Origin: Hemiscyllium ocellatum
Taxonomy: Eukaryota
Direction: 5' to 3'
Assembly: GCF_020745735.1 (NCBI RefSeq)
Contig: NC_083435.1
Coordinates: forward strand, 26,473,231 to 26,537,230
DNA: 64,000 nt
In this document: positions 60,037 to 64,000 of the stretch, piece by piece
How the letters are laid out: the number at the start of each line of letters is the position of its first letter
Numbering within the stretch: the stretch's first letter is position 1
Made by a program: the position numbers and the translations under genes
The notes under the pieces: generated by a model
Told to the model about the DNA's origin: nothing
The model's input: the letters and a program-made list of their open reading frames with translations, nothing else
Database searches by the model: none

Positions 60037-62817
60037 GTAAGAGGAGCCACCATTTTATTACATTCAGGGAATTAGAGAGTCTGGAAGCATATGGCCAGAC
60101 GGTAGTGAAGGAAAAAGGAATATTGTGAGCTGTTTTGGGCCCCATATCTAAGGAAGGATGTGCTGGTGTTGGAGGGAGCCCAGAGGAGATTTACAAGAAT
60201 TATCCCAGAGTTGAAGAGCTTGTCATATGAGCAGCTGTTGAGGACTGTGTGTGTACTGGACGGAGTTTAAAATATCGAGGGCAAATCTCATTGAAAATTA
60301 CACATTACTGAGAGGCCTGGCCAGAGTGGATGTGGAGAAGATGTAGGAGACACAAGGACCCAAGGGAACAGCCTCAAGTGTGACAGCATGACCTTTTAGA
60401 TCTGAGGAGGAATTTCCTCAGCCAGATGGTGGTGACTCTGTGGAACCCTCTGTTTCCATACTGTACATCTCGATGACTCTATAAGGCCGTGGAGGCCAAG
60501 ACATTGAGTGTCTTTAAGACAGAGATAGATAGACAGATTTTTGATTGGTAAAGGGCTCAAGGGTTATGGTGAGAAGGCAGAAGAACGAGGTTGAGAAATA
60601 TATCAACCATGATCGAACGGTGGAGCACACCCGATGAGATGAATGGCCTAATTCTGCTCCTATATCTTGTAGTCTCCAGTTCATTGTTTGGGTTCAGAAA
60701 GTTTGTGAGGAAGCTCTGTGTTTGGGAGTCAGTCTCCGGGTTAGTGATGGCTCAGGCAGTGGGGAGAGGCCCTCCATTTGTGAAGGAGGGTCAGAGATAT
60801 GGTGCCCTGTTGCTCATGTTAGGCTGGAGTGTCTGAGGGGTGAATGTCTCACATTGTGACTGTCAGGTCAGACAGTTCAGACTGGGGCTGGCTCTGAGTT
60901 CACTGTTGGGCATCAGCAGCTCAGGGCAATGTGGGTCGGAGAGGCTGAGTCTGGATGGGAGTGAGGGTCTTCAGCATTTCCTCTGATTTCCTGACAGTAT
61001 CTCGAACTGACTGAACATTCCTTGTTTTACAGGGGGAATGAAGAGCGGCTACAATCCCACAAACAGTAAGCTGATAACTCAGACATCTCAGCGTCTGTGT
61101 TAGTGTATGACAAGCTGTTGTTTCTGTTTCAAACAAAAACACAAACACCGTGATCTGAAACAGAGGAAAAAGCAGAAATTGCTGGAGAAATTCAATAGGT
61201 TTGGCAGCAGCTGTGGAGAGAAATACACAGTTAACATTTTGAGTCCAGTGACGTTTTGTACTCGGAGGTGTGTGTGTGTTTTGGGGGGGGAGGTGTGGTG
61301 AGGGGGTCAGGGTGTCTCAATCTAAAGCATTAATTCTGCTTTCTCTCTCCACAGATGCTGCGGGCCATGCTGAGATTCTCCAGCAATTTCTATTTTGTTC
61401 TCTGTCTGGTCTAGAGTATCTGTCTTTCATCCTCCTGTTGCTCTCGTGTGCTCTCTCTCATACACTCTTTCTTTCTTTTACATCTCTGGGTCATTTTCAC
61501 TCTCACTCCTGTTCTCGCTCTCACTCCTTTCTCTTGCTCATGCTTTCTCTCTTGTGAATTTCTCTCTAACACTGTTTCTCTCACACTCATGTTTCTCACT
61601 GTCTTGCACGCTGTCTCACAGTCGCATTTCTCACTCTCTTGTTTCTTGCTCTCTCTCTTTCACTGTGATAATGAGCAGTTTCTAATGCCTCTCTTTCCAT
61701 TTACAGCTTCTGATGAAAGGACATCCTCAGACAGTTCTGCCATTTCCTGAGGTATGAATATTGTTGGTTGATGTTGTGAGTAGATTATTCTAATTGGGAT
61801 ATAGAACAACCTCAATTGTCCGAACGAGATGGGCGGGGAGTATGAGGTTTGGATAACTGATTGTTCGGATAACTGATCATAAAGAAACAAAGCATTGACA
61901 AGACTTTGAGACCTTGTTTGGATAATCTGAAATTCAGATAATTGATGTTTGGATAACCGAGGTTATTCTATATTGGGGCTGGTTTTCGCTGTATGATCTG
62001 GAGGGTGGACACTGAGCTCATACTCTCTCTCTCCCTGTGTGATCACTAAAGACCAGCTCATGCAGTTTGACACTAAGCTTTCAGAATGTCCTTCTGCAGT
62101 TGGCCGACATTGTTTTGGACTCAGCCTCAAGATATCGTCAAGTAGAGGGATTTGGACTATAGAAACATCCGGAAACCTTTCATCCTGAATGGGGCCTCCT
62201 GTCAGCTGATTGACTCCTTTTAAAGGAGTCAATATTCCTAGAGTTCTCGCTGTAGTTTGTTTCTGGAGTTGACTTTTGCTCTCCTGGGATTCTGAATTAC
62301 TGCGGTGTGGTGGGTGGTGTCTAGGTCTGATGGAGGCCTCCAAGCAGGTCAAGAGACCAGACCATGTGGAGATAGAAGAGAAATATCTTGACTGGCTGGA
62401 GTGTCTCGGACTTGAACGTCAGGTAGTTAAAGTCAGATCTATTGAGGGTGAAACTAGGAAACACTTCCACACATAGAGAGTGGGAAATGGTTAGAACTCT
62501 CTCTTTCTCAGAAGGTAATTGATGCAAAATGAACTACTGTGAATTAAAATCTATAAAACTCAGAATTAAGAGACAAATGGAAGATATATAAATGGATTGA
62601 GGCAACACACCAGCAAAGATCTGATTGAACAGTGGAATGGCCTCCTCATCTTCCATGTCCCTGTGGGTTTTGCTGGTCTTTAAGGAGTGAGTCTGAGGGG
62701 TTTTACTGATGTTTGGGGAATGGGTCTTTTGTGTTTCACTGCTGGTGTTTATGGGAGATGCTATAAAATGTGCTGGGTTTTCTGTGCTTTGTAACAGTTT
62801 TTTTTTCTCTTCCCCAG

Positions 62818-62906
62818 GTTCCTCTAATGTCCTTGCTGGAAACCAGGTTTCCATTGCCGGAATTGATCTTCTAATTTGTTCATCCTCAATTTCAGGAGTG
62901 ATTTGA
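62818..62906 (+). CDS. Candidate cytoplasmic-tail exon of locus 3
   Basis: Paralog of 48571; GSSNVLAGNQVSIAGIDLLICSSSISGVI*. A 1-nt indel changes the end relative to locus 2. Confidence 0.4.
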
Positions 62907-64000
62907 ATTGTCAGTCTGGCTTAGTGAAATGTCTACATTTTGTTAATAATAGATTATTGAAATCTATTGGCAGATGTTGAAATGTGAATTCAGTCAAATT
63001 TAAAATGAAGAGACAGCTTAATTGTGATAATGTAATCTTTATTGATTGTAGTTAAAAGCCATCTGGTTCACTAATGCCCTGCCAGGATAGAAATTATTAC
63101 AGTCTGGTCTACATGTCACTATGCAACGAGTTAACTCTTAACTGCCCTCTGGACATCAAGCGCGGGCATTGCCGGTGATGGCCAAATCTCAGGAAATAAC
63201 TTTTAATGGTTGACAGTGTGGTTATTTTTCCTGAGCAGAAACTTCATCTCCACAGCACAACACCCATTGGTCATGCCCCATGCACAATACTGCCAGTCAG
63301 TTCAGCACATAAACATGATCTTCATCAGCCATTCATCACTGGGATCATTCCAGATCTCAATTTGAATTTTCCTGCACCTTAAATACTGAGTGAAACCTTT
63401 TTCTATGTGCTTATTAGACAGGAAGATCTCTGGATACTGATGGAAGACAACACTACCTTACTGTAATGTCATGAATAGATGTCATGAATCCACCTCTTGC
63501 CCAGGCCATGCTGCAGTCTCACACTTTCTGACTTGAACTGTTTCCATGTTCACACTCCTATCAATTTGTAACCTTCCTCATGCAAAGCCTCAATAGAGCT
63601 GCGTACTCATGGCCTGCATTCCAGCTTCCTGTCTTGGGTTCAAGGCTGCACTATTTTCTGTCCCACTCTCTCCAACTCTAAGATTTTGCTGAGGTGTTTA
63701 TTGAGTCATCGAGTCATACAGAACAGAAACGACCCAAACAATCTATGTTCCCAAACTAAACTAATCCCACCTGGCTATGCCAGGTCCATATCACTACAAA
63801 CATTTATTATTTGTGTATTCATCCAAATATAAATGGTGTAACTGTACCATGTCCACCACTTCCTCTGGACATTCATTCCAAACACAAACCATTCTCAGTG
63901 TAAAAATGTTGCCTCTCATGTTGGTTTAAATTCTTTCTCCTCTCACCTTAAAAATATGGTCCCCAGTCTTGAAATTCATCCCCCATCCACACGTGGACAC

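Larger units (their letters stand above)
52850..64000 (+). repeat. Tandem segmental duplication unit B (contains MHC locus 3; runs off the window)
   Basis: Collinear with unit A, roughly 90% identity by eye. Confidence 0.9.

Noticed and set aside
40782-62906. Assigning loci to a named lineage (UAA/UBA/UCA/UDA/UEA), class II or CD1
   Set aside because: The leader-alpha1-alpha2-alpha3-TM layout establishes class I, but lineage needs a phylogeny that cannot be run here; gene symbols are left blank.

Overview
Eukaryotic, repeat-rich vertebrate DNA, most likely a shark (inferred from HE1-like SINEs, CR1/HER1-like LINEs and the MHC sequences). The window opens with the last coding exon and poly(A) signal of a BRE1 E3 ligase gene (RNF20/RNF40; RING finger, 590-766). 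A tandem cluster of three MHC class I heavy-chain loci follows on the + strand. Locus 1 (leader 16657, alpha1-alpha3 20085-23277, TM 26235) is a pseudogene: it has a frameshift, an in-frame stop and a broken acceptor, and a Penelope insertion separates its promoter from its start codon. Loci 2 (40782-48653) and 3 (55613-62906) are apparently intact paralogs in a ~14.5 kb tandem duplication. They look non-classical (HLA-equivalent Y59, E63 and T143 replaced) and differ mainly at groove-lining positions. The intergenic and intronic DNA holds CR1 LINE fragments, tRNA-derived SINEs, at least three Penelope-like element (PLE) families whose termini carry minimal hammerhead-ribozyme motifs, and three unrelated ~33-bp minisatellites, one an amplified exon/splice-donor junction. 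It also holds a 1.7-kb L1-type element with an intact ORF1, a YY1 motif at its 5' end, a poly(A) tail and a 14-bp TSD but no ORF2 (half-L1-like). All alignments and counts were done by eye; TE boundaries are approximate unless a TSD is given.
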